Of a DNA stretch of 64,000 bases, positions 37,714 through 50,041 are shown piece after piece. The stretch is from assembly GCF_004010195.1 (NCBI RefSeq), contig NC_057743.1:17068948-17132947 (forward strand), in the 5' to 3' direction. The translations under genes and the position numbers were made by a program. Source of the stretch: Chiloscyllium plagiosum (Eukaryota). The number at the start of each line of letters is the position of its first letter. The stretch's first letter is position 1. The notes beneath the pieces are model-generated. The model did no database searches, was not told where the DNA came from, and saw only the letters and a list, made by a program, of their open reading frames with translations.

Positions 37714-38679
37714 GGCCGTTTTTCCAAGGAGTGGTGATCAGAGTCATCTTGTCACTCTGTTCCTCCTTTGTTCCGTTTGTACACAGCTTTGCGTTCCCGG
37801 CAGGAGATTCTGATTACTGCTCCTTCAGAAATAGTGAGCATTAGCACAATCCCACAGCTCTCTTGCAGCATAGGATCATAGCAAGAATTTAAACCATGTC
37901 CGCCTTTTCAGGGCACTTGGTGCTTTACTCTGTGATTTATATTTTAAGTGCGCAGCAGCAAGGACAGCCACTCCACCCAGCCCCATTAAAGGGTAAAGGT
38001 ACAAGATAAGTGTGTGGGTTCGGGTGCCAAGTAGGTAGAGTGTCAGATGAATTGGATGCCAGGGCACAAGCTGGCCAGCATAAATGGTAAAGAGTTAAGG
38101 TAAGTTGGTGTGAGTAGGAGTATCAGGCCCAACAGTGAGATAGCAATGGGGGAATGTCCATACTGGGTGGGGATTGATGTTTCTGCTGGAGGAGGTAGGA
38201 GGCTATCAGATTCTGGGGAGAATGGGGTTGACCATTGGGGCCCCAGAATTTTGAACAGATGGAGGAAAGTTGGGTTATGTGGTGAGGGTGGAAGATTGAG
38301 CATTGGGGGTGGGGGTGCAGAATGATGGAGTGCCATGTCTGTTGGCAGGAGTAAGTGTTGGGTCCTGGGGTGGGTGTCCTGGCTGGAGGGGGGGGGTGTG
38401 GTCCTTGGAATTGATGTGGGTTTCCTGTGCACCCAGCACAACCCTCTAGTTTCTGTATCTGTCCACTATCCCTACTCCTAATTCTCAAATAATATGCAGT
38501 CCAAGATTACTGTCAGTTTTGTGTGTATTCACATTAATGTGCTTGAATGATTTCTGGGAATCTGTACCTTTATTTGCATGTGTAACTTCACCTGCCTAAT
38601 GGTCACCACCTCAAAATTTCAGTGAACACCGTTATCTTTAACAAAGCCATGCTGACTCTCCCTGATCAGCTCATGTTTG

Positions 38680-38908
38680 ACCAAAGTCAAAACGTGTGGT
38701 GCTGGAAAAGCACAACCGGTCAGGCAGCATCCGAGGAGCAGGAGCACAGCTCCTCATCATGCACCCCCCCCCCTCACATTTCTGTTGAAGAGCCTATGCT
38801 TAAAACATCGGCTTTCCTGCTCCTCGGATGCTGTCTGACCTGCTGTGCTTTTCCAGCACCACACTTTTTGACTCTGATCTCCTGCATCTGCAGTCCTCAC
38901 TTTCTCCT
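38680..38908. mobile_element. Palindromic Penelope mini-element, family B (diverged)
   Basis: GTGGTGCTGGAAAAGCACA...TGTGCTTTTCCAGCACCAC inverted arms with tail. Confidence 0.75.
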
Positions 38909-39747
38909 CAGTTTGACCACCTTGGTCACAGGTTAGTCTTTAAATTGATGGGACTCTGTTTACTTGACTTCCCTCTCCTTGACCTCCTTAATACCCACAC
39001 CTCCTGCCTACAAGGAGTGACATTCATAAGTTTTGAGGCGGTGGAAGAGGAGCAGCCTATCTCTGAGAAGCAGCAATTCTGTAATGGGAGGGGGTTGGGG
39101 AAGATTACAGAAACTGAGATTACACCACCGAGAAACTTCCTCAGTTTCCCAACTGAAGCTTACGGCAGGAACTACAATGCATGTTGACTCAATTTTACGG
39201 CTAATAATGTACACAGTTGGCAAGTAGTGAACAGCACTGGTCAAATTTCCAGCATGCACTCCCTACTGCAAACTCAACTCCACATCTGACCCTTTTACAT
39301 ATCTGCAAACAAGAGGTACTCAAGCAACACTGTTCCACAGAGCGGAACGATTCACAGCGATTATTAGCAATGTGATTATTACCCCTGCAGGGATTCAAAC
39401 ACTGGGAACCACAAGAATGTATCTCTCTCTGTAAATTTATAGCATGATTCTTTTAAAGTCCCTTTTCTTCTCAGGATTGTTGCGATGCCTGGTATTCCCT
39501 GTTTGGCCTCCATGATGGGAAATGGGCACAAACATATAACATGCGTTTGTCAAACGCGATTTGGTTGAAATGTGATTGAAATGTGAATTTGCAGACTTTT
39601 TTTTTGAATAAGGCGATTCCACCCTCGGCAGCAGATGAGCAGCAAAACCCAGCCTCAGGATCCTCTGTCTGCAAAATGCCCACTCAGTGTGTTCAGCTAA
39701 AACAGGAATGCAATCAGCTCTGCAAGCCTTGAAACTTAGATTGAAAC

Positions 39748-39917
39748 AAAGTTAAAAATCACACAACACCAGGTTATAGTCCAACAGATTTAATTGGAAG
39801 CACACTAGCTTCCAAGCTAGTGTGCTTCCAATTAAATCTGTTGGACTATAACCTGGTGTTGTGAGATTTTTAACTTTGTACACCCCCAGTCCAACACCGG
39901 CACCTCCAAATCATGAC
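39748..39917. mobile_element. Palindromic Penelope mini-element, family A, hammerhead core deleted
   Basis: ~65-bp near-perfect inverted arms around a TCCA loop; 11-bp TSD TAGATTGAAAC at 39737-39747 and 39918-39928. Confidence 0.85.
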
Positions 39918-40370
39918 TAGATTGAAACTGGGAATTGTAGTCTATAATGAGAAGGAACATTGGCTGAGAATCTTGAGGAGGGCTGGACTTATGCTTCAGC
40001 ATCACCTGGACAGGCAGCTTACGCACTTCCAGGTGAAGAGCTTCGTGAAAGGTACAGTGCTGTAGTCAGCAATTTTTGTGCTAAAATGTTAAACCTACTG
40101 TATTATTTCATTAAAATATATGATTTAAAGATTTACTTAGACTGTGCTTTCATTTGTGTAAGGCTAACTTCTATTTTTGTTTCAATCTTTACTGATATTT
40201 TTGATGGTTTGCCCCTAACCCTGTTTTTCCCCATAGGCCCTGTTATTTATCTCGTGTGATTTTCTATGACATGGTGTCCCACAGGAACGCAGCTACTGCG
40301 TTATCAGAGAACTACCTGTGTGCTGAGTGACATTCCACACTTACACATTCTAGTCAGTGCCTTAGAGAGC

Positions 40371-40593
40371 TGAAAAATGTGTTGCTGGAAAAGCGCAGCA
40401 GGTCAGGCAGCATCCAGGGAACAGGAGAATCAACATTTCGGGCATGAGCCCTTCTTCAGGAATTCCTGAAGAAGGGCTAATGCCCGAAAAAAATGATTCT
40501 CCTGCTCCTTTGATGCTGCCTGACCTGCTGCGCTTTTCCAGCAACACAGTTTTCAGCTCTGATCTCCAGCATCTGCAGTCCTCACTTTCTCCT
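40371..40593. mobile_element. Palindromic Penelope mini-element, family B, with two divergent hammerhead cores around a GAATTC axis
   Basis: CTTCTTCAGG-AATT-CCTGAAGAAG centre; 15-bp TSD AGTGCCTTAGAGAGC at 40356-40370 and 40594-40608. Confidence 0.85.
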
Positions 40594-40687
40594 AGTGCCT
40601 TAGAGAGCCAATAAAGGAAAGGCTGCTTGATTGCAATACTGTAATTGGCTGTTTAAAGCAGTGTGAATTATAATGCGAGTCGGTGGA

Positions 40688-40926
40688 TGTTGGACTAACT
40701 CCACAGAGGCTGGTATCCCGTCCCACCAAGTCTCCTTTTATTTACATGTGGAGCGGCCTTGACACTGATCCAGCTCCCTCAGAGCCAGCTCTCAGAGTGA
40801 ACACCATGTCGGACACTCCTGCTTATCTGTCAGCCAGGGCTCCCTGATTGGACCGGATTAACAGCCCCAATCAGGGGACCCATATTCTGTGCGGTCTACC
40901 CAGCTGACCTCATTACAATCACTACA
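40688..40926 (-). mobile_element. Possible short solo LTR
   Basis: TG...CA ends (minus strand starts TGTAGTGATTGTAATGAGG), with CCAAT and AATAAA on the minus strand; TSD unclear. Confidence 0.35.
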
Positions 40927-41384
40927 GATGCCATTTTGTTTGACAACTTCTGTTTTTTTTCTGTGGATTGATTGTTTAATTAAAAAAAACACTGATTATT
41001 AAAGAGTCTGTTTACAGACTGATACATTTCCAGTCAGATGGTCTGCTCCTGCATTATGACTGGGCTACAGTGATGCCACTTTCTGCTTGCATTATAAATG
41101 CCATTACCCGAGATGGCCGTGGATATTAAGGAGCTAAAGAATCACTGTGAATAATGAAATGATAGTGCTACTTGCACCAAATGTTTCTAAGGGATTGATT
41201 CAGGAAATCGTGGAAGATAACTGGGCCATGATTCCCTTATTGACTATGCACTGCATAGAACACAAGCTGAAGTGCTGCCTGAAGGCTCATTTCAGTCCAA
41301 GTTGTCAACATTATCCACACAAGCTCAACTCCAGAAAACGCACTCTGACTGATAATGTATTACAACTTGAAGTTTTTTTTATTC

Positions 41385-41935
41385 CACGCCGACCAGATAT
41401 CCCAACCCAACCTAGTCCCACCTGCCAGCACCCGGCCCATATCCCTCCAAACCCTTCCCATTCATATACCCATCCAAACGCCTCTTAAATGTTGCAATTG
41501 TACCAACCTCCACCACTTCCTCTGGCAGCTCATTCCATACAAGTACCACACTCTGTGTGAAAAAGTTGCCCAGTAGGTCTCTTTTATATCTTTTCCCTCT
41601 CACCCTAAACCTATGCCTTATAGTTCTAGACTCCACGACCCCAGGGAAAAAGACTTTGCCTATTGACCCTATCCATGCCCTCATAAGTTTGTAAACCTCT
41701 ATAAGGTCACTCCTCAGCCTCCGACGCTCCAGGGAAAACAGCCCCAGCCTGTTCAGCCTCTCCCTGTAGCACAAATCCTCCAACTCTAGCAACATCCTTG
41801 CAATCTTTTCTGAACCGTTTCAAGTTTCACAACAGCTTTCCGATAGGAAGGAAACCAGAATTGCACACAATATTCCAACAGTGGCCTAACCAATGTCCTG
41901 TACAGCTGCAACATGACCTCCCAACACCTGTACTG
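41385..41935 (-). mobile_element. CR1/HER1 LINE 3' fragment
   Basis: ORF 41412-41795 LEDLCYRERLNRLGLFSLERRRLRSDLIEVYK. Confidence 0.88.
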
Positions 41936-42446
41936 ACTCTATGACTCTGTAAGTTCAGTGGTAGCTTATGTGCCCATTGACTGGATTCACAGAGGCAATG
42001 TCAGAGACAGCGTTAACAGGTCACTACGTAACTCTGGGTGCAGGCAGAAGCTGGATAGAGTTGGGAGGGGGAGTTGTAGCGTGCAAAGGGGAGAAGGTGG
42101 ATGCAACCTCTGCAGAAAAGAGATCAAGTGACTAATCAGTAGTAAGAAAGCAGATTTTGATTGTAAAGGAAAGGCTTGTTTGGGGCCTTTTATAGAGCTA
42201 TGTCAGCTCAAAGCTCTTTCCAATCAAGGAAGTATTCAAAATCAAGAGGAGTGTAGACAGAGGAGATTGGGAGAAATTATTCCACATTTGAAAGGTTGGA
42301 GAATGAGAGATCTAAAGTAATTAGTTAAAAGAAACAACAGTGACATGAGTAGTTATCTTTTCACACAGTGACTGGAATGTATCAGGAAATGTCAGATTCA
42401 ATTATGGTTTTCAAAGGTAAATTAGACTCATCCAGAAAAGGCAGAG

Positions 42447-42727
42447 TTAGATTAGATTACTTACAGCGTGGAAACAGGCCCTTCGGCCCAACAAGTCCAC
42501 ACCGACACGCAACTCACCCAGACCCATTCCCCTACACCTAACACTACGGGCAATTTAGCGTGGCCAGTTCACCTAGCCTGCACGTTTTTGGATTGTGGGA
42601 GGAAACCGGAGGAACCCCACGCAGAGAATGTGCAAACTCCACACAGAGAGTCGCCTGAGGTGGGAATTGAACCCAGGTCTCTGGCGCTATGAGGCAACAG
42701 TGCTAACCACTGTGCCACCTTGCCACC
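42447..42727 (-). mobile_element. HE1-type SINE
   Basis: A/B boxes, body and tail as in the other copies. Confidence 0.88.
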
Positions 42728-42993
42728 CAGGGAGAAGATGGGAGAAGGGCACTATACAAATGATAATTCAAAGAGACAGACACAATGTGCTGAATTCCCT
42801 CCTTTGGCACAGCAATGATTCTGAGTTTTGAGAGTCACTGTTTGAATGTGGCAGGTACCAGGGAGAAGATGGGAGAAGGGCACTATACAAATGATAATTC
42901 AAAGAGGCAGCGCAGACACAATGTGCTGAATTCCCTCCTTTGGCACAGCAATGATTCTGAGTTTTGAGAGTCACTGTTTGAATGTGGCAGGTA
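42727..42993 (+). repeat. Recent tandem duplication of a ~131-bp unit
   Basis: CCAGGGAGAAGATGGG...GAATGTGGCAGGTA at 42727-42857 and 42858-42993, identical apart from one small indel region. Confidence 0.9.
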
Positions 42994-44189
42994 ATTTGCC
43001 CATGGTAAGGTCCTGAAAGAAGCAATGCTAATGACCATGTAATTGTTTTGTGGAGGTTTATAAAATCACGAGGGATATAGATAAGGTGAATGACCAGGGT
43101 CATTTCCCTCGGGCGGTAGAGTTCAAAATTAGGACCATACTTTTACAGTGAGAGGAGAAAGATTCTAAAAAGATATGAGAGGCAACTTTTTCATACAGAG
43201 AGTTTGTATGTGGAATGAGCTGCTAGAGGAAGGGGTGGATGCAGGTATGGTTAAAAGGCATTTAGATAAGTACTTGAATAAGAAATGTTTGGAGGGATAG
43301 GGGCCAAGTGCAGGCAGGTGGGAGTAATTTAGATTGGGATTATGGTCAGTATGGACTGGTTGTTTCCGTGCTGTATGACTCTGAGTTGACTGAGGGATAA
43401 ATATTGGCCAGGGCACTTGGGAAAACTTCCCCTCTTCTTCAAAGTAGACTATGAGATCTTGCCTACACATCCGAGAGAGCACACATAGTGTTGGTTTATA
43501 GTCTTCCCTGAAGGACAGTACCTGGAATAGTTAGGTATTCCCTGCAGCAGAGTGCCAGGCGGGATTCAGTGTCAGACTCTCTGCACTGGGATCTGAATCA
43601 ACAATCAGAGGCAAGTAAGCTAAAGATGGCACTTTGCAAAGTTTAGAATAACAACATAAATGCTTGTCCTGTAAATTTTAAATCTACTGCCAGGACTTTC
43701 TGAAACCTAAAACAGCAGGGATATGGGCCAAATGCTGGCAGGTGGGACTAGATTAATTTAGGATATCTGGTTGGCATGGACAAGTTGAACTGAAGGGTCT
43801 GTTTCTGTGTTGCACATCTCTACTCTGATTTGTGCTTATCAATTTGCAAGTGATATCAGAATATTTAAGCAATGATAAAGGGGTATAGGCTTCATTCACA
43901 GTCACCATCTTTGTCTCAACAAACTGTGCTCAACTTCTTACCATATGTAATGTGTTTTTGGGATGGTACAATGGACGAGGGTAATTGGATAGTGAGGGGA
44001 CTAACTCCTGGCAAATTACATCAAATTAGATTATAGAGAGCTAGGATGAAGTCCTTCAGCAGGATAAAAATTTGATGAATTCACTAATGACCCAGTTACT
44101 TAATTCATTTTGTATCAGTCACAAGATTATTTAGGATGAAGGCCCCTTCAGCCCATCAATAACTTGTTTGCAGAATCAACTATGATATC

Positions 44190-44618
44190 TTTACAAGATT
44201 GTTGCCAGGATTGGAAGGCTTGAGCTAGCAGGAGAGGCTGAATAGGCTGGGGCTATTTTCCCTGGAGCTGAGGAGTGATGTCATAGAGGTTTATAAAATC
44301 ATGAGGGGCACGGATACAAGGTCTTTTCCCTGGGGTGGGGGAATCCAGAACTAGACTGCATAGGTTTAGGGTGAGAGGGGAAAGATATAAAAGGGATCTT
44401 TTCCCGCATTGGGTGATGCATACATGGAATGAGCTGCCAGAGGAAGTGGTGGAGGCAGGTACAATTATAGCATTTAAAAGGCATCTGGATAAGAAGGGTT
44501 TAGAGGGATATGGGCCAAGTGCTGGCAAACGGGACTAGATTAAGTTGGGATATCTGGTCAGCATGGACGAGTTGGACCGAAGGGTCTGTTTTCATGCTGT
44601 ACATCTCTATGACTCTAT
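44190..44618 (+). mobile_element. CR1/HER1 LINE 3' fragment
   Basis: ESRTRLHRFRVRGERYKRD...WNELPEEVVEAG, then the 3' tail. Confidence 0.85.
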
Positions 44619-45173
44619 TAGATCTATTTTGTAAATAAGTCCAGCATCTTTCTCGCTCTCACCTACAACCCCACTGCAGCTGCTCATCTCCTTTTAAGAA
44701 GGAATCCCCCAAATCTGTAGCTATTGTCCACTGAAGGCAGTTCCAAGGAGTTAGATCCGAGAGAGTGAATGGAGGTACATCCAGGAATCAGCTTTAACAT
44801 CACACATTTTCACATTAGGGGAGGGTGCGGAATCCTTACAGATATTTTTAATCACCCTATTAAGATCATGTAATGACACATATCTGAAGCAGGTGGGACT
44901 TGAACCCAGGTGTTCTGGGGTCTGAGGCAGGGACACTACCACTGTGCCACCAAAGCCTTATTGGAGACCTTGTAGATATTTTTTAATCATCTTGTTCCGA
45001 GATATTATGACCCACCTTCAGAGTAGGTAGGCCTCTTGGCTCAGAGGTAGGGACACTGTGCCTCAAAATGCTTAATGAGGACCATGTGGTCTTAACGAAA
45101 ATATTAAAGGGCCAAGGAGCTGAGACCTGGTGGATCCCCGGTATTTGTTCTGAGCGGAGTGTTGGTGAAGGCG

Positions 45174-45197
45174 GTCTCCATGGAAACGGTAAACAAA
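45174..45197 (+). promoter_or_regulatory. RFX X-box (GTCTCCATGGAAAC, 45174-45187) with adjacent forkhead/FOXJ1-type motif (GTAAACAAA, 45189-45197) in the CFAP107 promoter
   Basis: Matches GTYNCC-AT-GGNAAC and RYAAACA; lies ~70-90 bp upstream of the ATG of a motile-cilia gene. Confidence 0.7.
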
Positions 45198-45265
45198 GGA
45201 GCTGAAAGTGACACATTGAAAGTGACACACATGCACCTAAGCCTGGCCAATGTTCTTGCAGCGAC

Positions 45266-45400
45266 ATGGCATCGCTTTGCCCTATATCCCGTGAAGATCG
45301 ATTTGCCCCTGATCCCTTGGCAACACTGCCCAGTTGGAAAATACAACAGCACTATCAGAACCGTGTGCTGGTCGGCAACTGGGCAGAGGAAAGGGAGAAG
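45266..45400 (+). CDS. CFAP107: Cilia- and flagella-associated protein 107 (C1orf158), exon 1
   Basis: MASLCP...PSWKIQQHYQNRVLVGNWAEEREK, resembling the CFAP107 PSW...VLxGNWxEER motif; 135 nt; AAG|GTAAGA donor. Confidence 0.88.
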
Positions 45401-45669
45401 GTAAGACTGAGGAGCCACATGGGGCTGGGAGGACAGGGTCAGGGACTGATGAATGAAGGTCACTTCTAGCCTGAGTGTGACTCCAGGGAGAGCTTGCCAT
45501 GCCTCATTCAGCTCATGCAGGAGCCAGAAGGAGAGAGAAACAAAGTAATGAGGCTGATGGGCATTGAACATAAAAGTGGGCAAAGCTGGAACTACATCAT
45601 GGGCAGGAGACACCAGTCTGTGACCTTTCATCAGAACTTTGAGATGTAACAAGTGCAGAGGAGGGATCA

Positions 45670-45982
45670 TAAAATTCCTACAGTGTGGAAACAGGCAATT
45701 TGGCCCAACAAGTCCACACCAACCCTCCAAAGAGTAACCCATCCCCCTATTAATCTACATTTCCCCCTGACTAATGCACCTAACCTACACATCCCTGAAC
45801 ATGATGGGCAATTTAGCCTGGCCAATCCGCCTAACCTGCACATCTTTGGATTGTGGGAGGAAACCCATTCTGACATGGGAGAACATGCACACTCTACACA
45901 GACAGTCGCCCGGGGTTGGAATTGAACCTTCATCCCTGGCACTGTGAGGCAGCAGTGCTAACTCCTGAGCCACCGTGCCACC
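45670..45982 (-). mobile_element. HE1-type SINE
   Basis: A/B boxes and body similarity. Confidence 0.85.
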
Positions 45983-46959
45983 AGGTGGAGGGATGGAGAA
46001 CCAATGGGAATGTCTGTGTGTTCGTTTTTATTAATTCATGGGATGAGGGCAACACTGGCTATGCCAGCATTTATTGCCCATCCCTAATTGCCCAGAGAGC
46101 AGTTAAGAGTCACCCACATTGTCGTGACAGGATTAAGACCTCTAGATGCTAAACAGGAACATATTTTCATTTTGCCTCTGTAATTTAATTTGTCCTCTTG
46201 CTGAAAATCCCTGAATTACTTACCTTCTTGGTCAGGATGCGAGGTAATGTAACAGGGACAGGACTTGCTCCACTCAAGGTCTGACCTTCCAGTGGGAGCC
46301 CATGCTGGAGGCTATTGGATTGAAAATGACAAACAGAAGTGAAATAGATCCTATTGTCAAGAGTCTCACCTTCATCATCCTCTACACCTGAGGAGAAAGG
46401 TTAGTTGGTGCTCCAATGGATGTACTCCATACATTTTACCTTACTGGGCTGCTTTGCGAAAAGGAAGATATAAACTGCCCAACCAAGTTGAATAACAAAT
46501 TATTTTGGAGTGGGCCAAGATGTTGCGAAAGCCAAATAGTTCTATCTTGACAGGACATGAGCACCTCAACATTTGTTGCCCATTCCTAATTTCCTTTTAA
46601 TGGAGTGCTTTGCTCAGCCATTGAAGAGTCAACCATCTTGCTGTGAGTCACATGTAGGCCAGAGTGAATAAAGATGACCTATTTCCTCCTCTGAAGGGCA
46701 TTAGTCAATCAGAGAGATTTTTACACCAAAACACAATGGGCACCGTCACTGATACTAGCTTTATATTCCAGGGTAATTAGCCAAATTTAAATTTGCCAGA
46801 TGACTCCTCATCTTCAGTGTATTCACCAGGGTGCCTGGATTACTGGTCCTGTGACATTACGTCTCTACCCCAGCTCTGGAGATGAAGAGTGAGCAGTTTG
46901 AAATGTACAAAAACAGGGACATTGCGAGTTTACTGGTATAACCTCCAAATTATGACTGG

Positions 46960-47507
46960 TACACCCTCAATGTAAAACAAAATTATTGCTCATGTCTTTT
47001 TTAAATCCCTCTCCTGTCAGCTTTAAAATGTACCCTCTAGTCTTGAAATCCTCAGTCCTAGGGATAGGACAACTGCCATTAACACTATCTACACCCCTCA
47101 TTATTTTACAAACTTCTATAAGGTTGTCTCTAAACCTCCTACGCTCTAGTGAAAAAGTCCCAGTCTACCCAGCCTTTCTTCATAACTCAAACCTTCCATA
47201 CCTGGCAAGGCAAATCCTGGTAAATCTTTCCTGAACCCTCTCCAGCTTAATAATATCCTTCCTATAACTGGGCAACCAAAACTGGGCACAATATTCCAGA
47301 AGAGGCCTCACCAATTTTCTGTACAACCTCAACATGACGTCCCAATTCCTATACTCAAAGGTCAGAGCAATGAAGGCAAGCATGCTAAACACCTTCTTAA
47401 CCACCCGGTCTATATGTGATGCAAACTTCAAAGAATTGTGTACCTGAACCCCTAGGTCCCTCTGTTCTACAACACTACCCAAGGCCCTGCTATTAATTGT
47501 ATAAGCC
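46960..47507 (-). mobile_element. CR1 LINE fragment
   Basis: EQRDLGVQVH...LVRPLLEYCAQFW...LERVQERFTR. Confidence 0.85.
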
Positions 47508-48502
47508 ATGCAATCACAGGGATTGTAAACACCAGATAGTGATGGCTAAACCCATAAAGGGAATCAGGATCAACCTCTTCAATTAAAGTAGCAGTGTAAT
47601 GTGGGGATTCGTTAGCTCAGCTAGCTGGCTGGTCAGTGATGCCAACAGCATGGGTTCAGTCCCCACACCAGCTGAGCTCACCATGAAGGACTGTCCTTCT
47701 CAACCTCTCCCCACGTGAGGTATAGTGACCCTCAGGTTAAACTGCCACCACACTCCCTTTCTAATCCTACACTCTGGTGACTTCACCTAGTTAGAATGTC
47801 AAACTTGTTATAACAGTGTATAACTGTGACAAATAACACAAATAAATACAGGGAACAAAAGAGGATGATTTATTATATTATAATAGTGGGCATTGTTCAC
47901 TAGCCCATCCTTATTTGCACTGATTATGTCAATGGAGAGAGATGATGTAGGATGGGAAGGGGCTTGAGAGCAGTATAAATGCTAGCATGGACAAATTGGG
48001 CTGAATGCGCTGGGTCGGTGCAGTAAAACTCCACAATGTGCTGGCTATGTCAGCCGAATACAGCACTGACTCAGCATATACCTGTAACCCCTGAAACGGA
48101 CCCGTTAGAAGGTTTTAACCCTTCACAGCCCACTAGGTATTGAGGGAAATTGTACAACATCCCCTATCACTCTGGCTGGTATCAGAAAACAACCCAAAAT
48201 GCTATTGTGCTCTGCAGCTATCCTCCTGCCATCATTGACTAAACCGCTAGAGGAACTGGACCATTCAAAACAAAAGCAGATACACCAACCTTTTCCCAGC
48301 TACAACCAGTTCTGAGTAAGGGTCACTTGACCCAAAACATTAACTCTGCTTTCCTACCACAGATTCTGCCAAACCTGCTGAGATTTTCTAGCAATTTCTG
48401 ATTCTGTTTCAAAACAAGGTGAAATTTATTCTCAGGAGCTCAGGGTTACTGGAAAAGCTGGTATTTATTTCCCCAACTCGAGTTGCCCTTAAGAAGCTTG
48501 AT

Positions 48503-49062
48503 TCACTGACCATGTGGTCACTGCCTTTGTCTCACTTCAACAGTTTTAAAGTGCCATTGTCTTGATTTCCTTTTCCCCCAAAGTTCCAAAACAATGCAAC
48601 AGCTTATAAAACTGTGGCTCAATGGTTAGTACTACTGCCTCACAGTGCCAGGGACCTGGGTTTGATCTCAATCTCAGGTGATTGTCTGTGTGGAGTTTGT
48701 ACATTTTCCTCATGTCTGTGGGTTTCCTCCGGGTGCTCTGGTTTCCTCCCACAATCCAAAGATGTGCAGGTCAGGTGAACTACCATGCTAAATTGCCCGT
48801 AGTGTTCAGGGATGTGTCGATTAGATGCAATAGTCAAGGGTAAATGTAGAGTAATAGGGTAGGGGAGTGGGTCTGGGTGAGTTACTCTTTGGAGGGTTGG
48901 TGTGGAATTATTGGGCTGAATGGCCTGTTTCCATACTGCAGGGATCCCATGAAAACAGTAATTATTGCTCCTGATATTCAAGGAAATCAGCTCCAACACT
49001 GAAAGTGCCTCAAAAAAAGAGCAGTTCTTACAACCTCAGTTTTTTCCCTTCCTCCATCTTGG
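48503..49062 (-). mobile_element. Isolated 5'-end fragment of the CR1 element at 60641-63716, interrupted by an HE1 SINE (48612-48947, plus)
   Basis: Colinear with 63500-63716 (CCCCAAAGTTCCA..ACAATGCAACAGCTTATAAAAC / AGGAAATCA.CTCCAACAC). Confidence 0.7.
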
Positions 49063-49490
49063 AGAGGCTATAGGGAGAGACTGAACAGGCTGGGACTGTT
49101 TTCCCTGGAGTGTCAGAGGCTGAGGGGTGACCTTACAGAGGTTTATAAAATCATGAGGGGCATGGATAGGGTAAATAGAGAAGGTCTTTTCCGTGGGGTG
49201 GGGGCGTCCAGAACTAGAGGGCATAGGGTTTAGGGTGAGAGAGGAAAGATTTAAAGGGGACATAAGGTGCAACGTTTTCATGCAGAGGGTGGTGTGTGTA
49301 TGGATTGAGCTGCCAGACGAAGTGGTGGAGGCTGGTACAATTATAACACTTAAAAGGCATCTGGATGGGTATATGCATAGGAAGAGTTTAGAGGATATGG
49401 GCAAACAGGACTAGATTAGGTTAGGATATCTGGTTGTCATGGGCGAGTTGGATTAAAGGGTCTATTTTCATGCTGTACATCTCTATGACT
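49063..49490 (+). mobile_element. CR1/HER1 LINE 3' fragment
   Basis: Typical 3' ORF2 and tail sequence. Confidence 0.85.
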
Positions 49491-49616
49491 GAATGATTGT
49501 GAGCTGTTGGAGATCTTTCTCTGAAATATCTGCAGTGAGAGTACATCGAGGTGCTTTTAGGGAGGGAGTTCCAGAATTTTGACCCAGTAACAGTGAAGAC
49601 ACAGCAAACTTTCCTC

Positions 49617-49747
49617 ATTCCTGAAGAAGGGCTTATGCCCGAAACGTCAATTCTCCTGTTCCCTGGATGCTGCCTGACCTGCTGCGCTTTTCCAGCAACA
49701 CATTTTCAGCTCTGATCTCCAGCATCTGCAGACCTCATTTTCTCCTC
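49617..49747 (+). mobile_element. Family B Penelope terminal repeat with intact hammerhead core (49617-49652)
   Basis: ATTC-CTGAAGA-AGGGC(ttat)GCCC-GAAA-CG-TC-AATT; direct repeat CACAGCAA at 49600-49607 and 49748-49755. Confidence 0.75.
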
Positions 49748-50041
49748 CACAGCAATGTATTGCCAAGCATGTAGTTTGCAGGATGGCTGACAGGTGGCAG
49801 TGTAAGCATGTGTCCGCTGTCCTGCTCTTTCTGGGTGGTTGAAGTTGTGGGTTTGGGAGATGTTGTTGAAGGAGTCTTGGCAAGTTGTTGCAGTGTATCT
49901 CGTGGACAGTATACATTGCCGCTGTGATGGGTTGGTGGTGCAGTGAGTGGATGGTTAAGGTAACGGATGGGGTATCAGTCAAGCAGGCTGCTTTTAATTC
50001 TACTGTAGATCACCAGAGACTCTTTCTTTTGGTTCATACAG

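Noticed and set aside
3006-39917. Recurring palindromic repeats resembling a CRISPR array or DNA-transposon MITEs
   Set aside because: They are dispersed, not regularly spaced, and the DNA is eukaryotic. The asymmetric tail, variable 8-15-bp TSDs and hammerhead core fit Penelope-like retroelements rather than cut-and-paste TIR elements.
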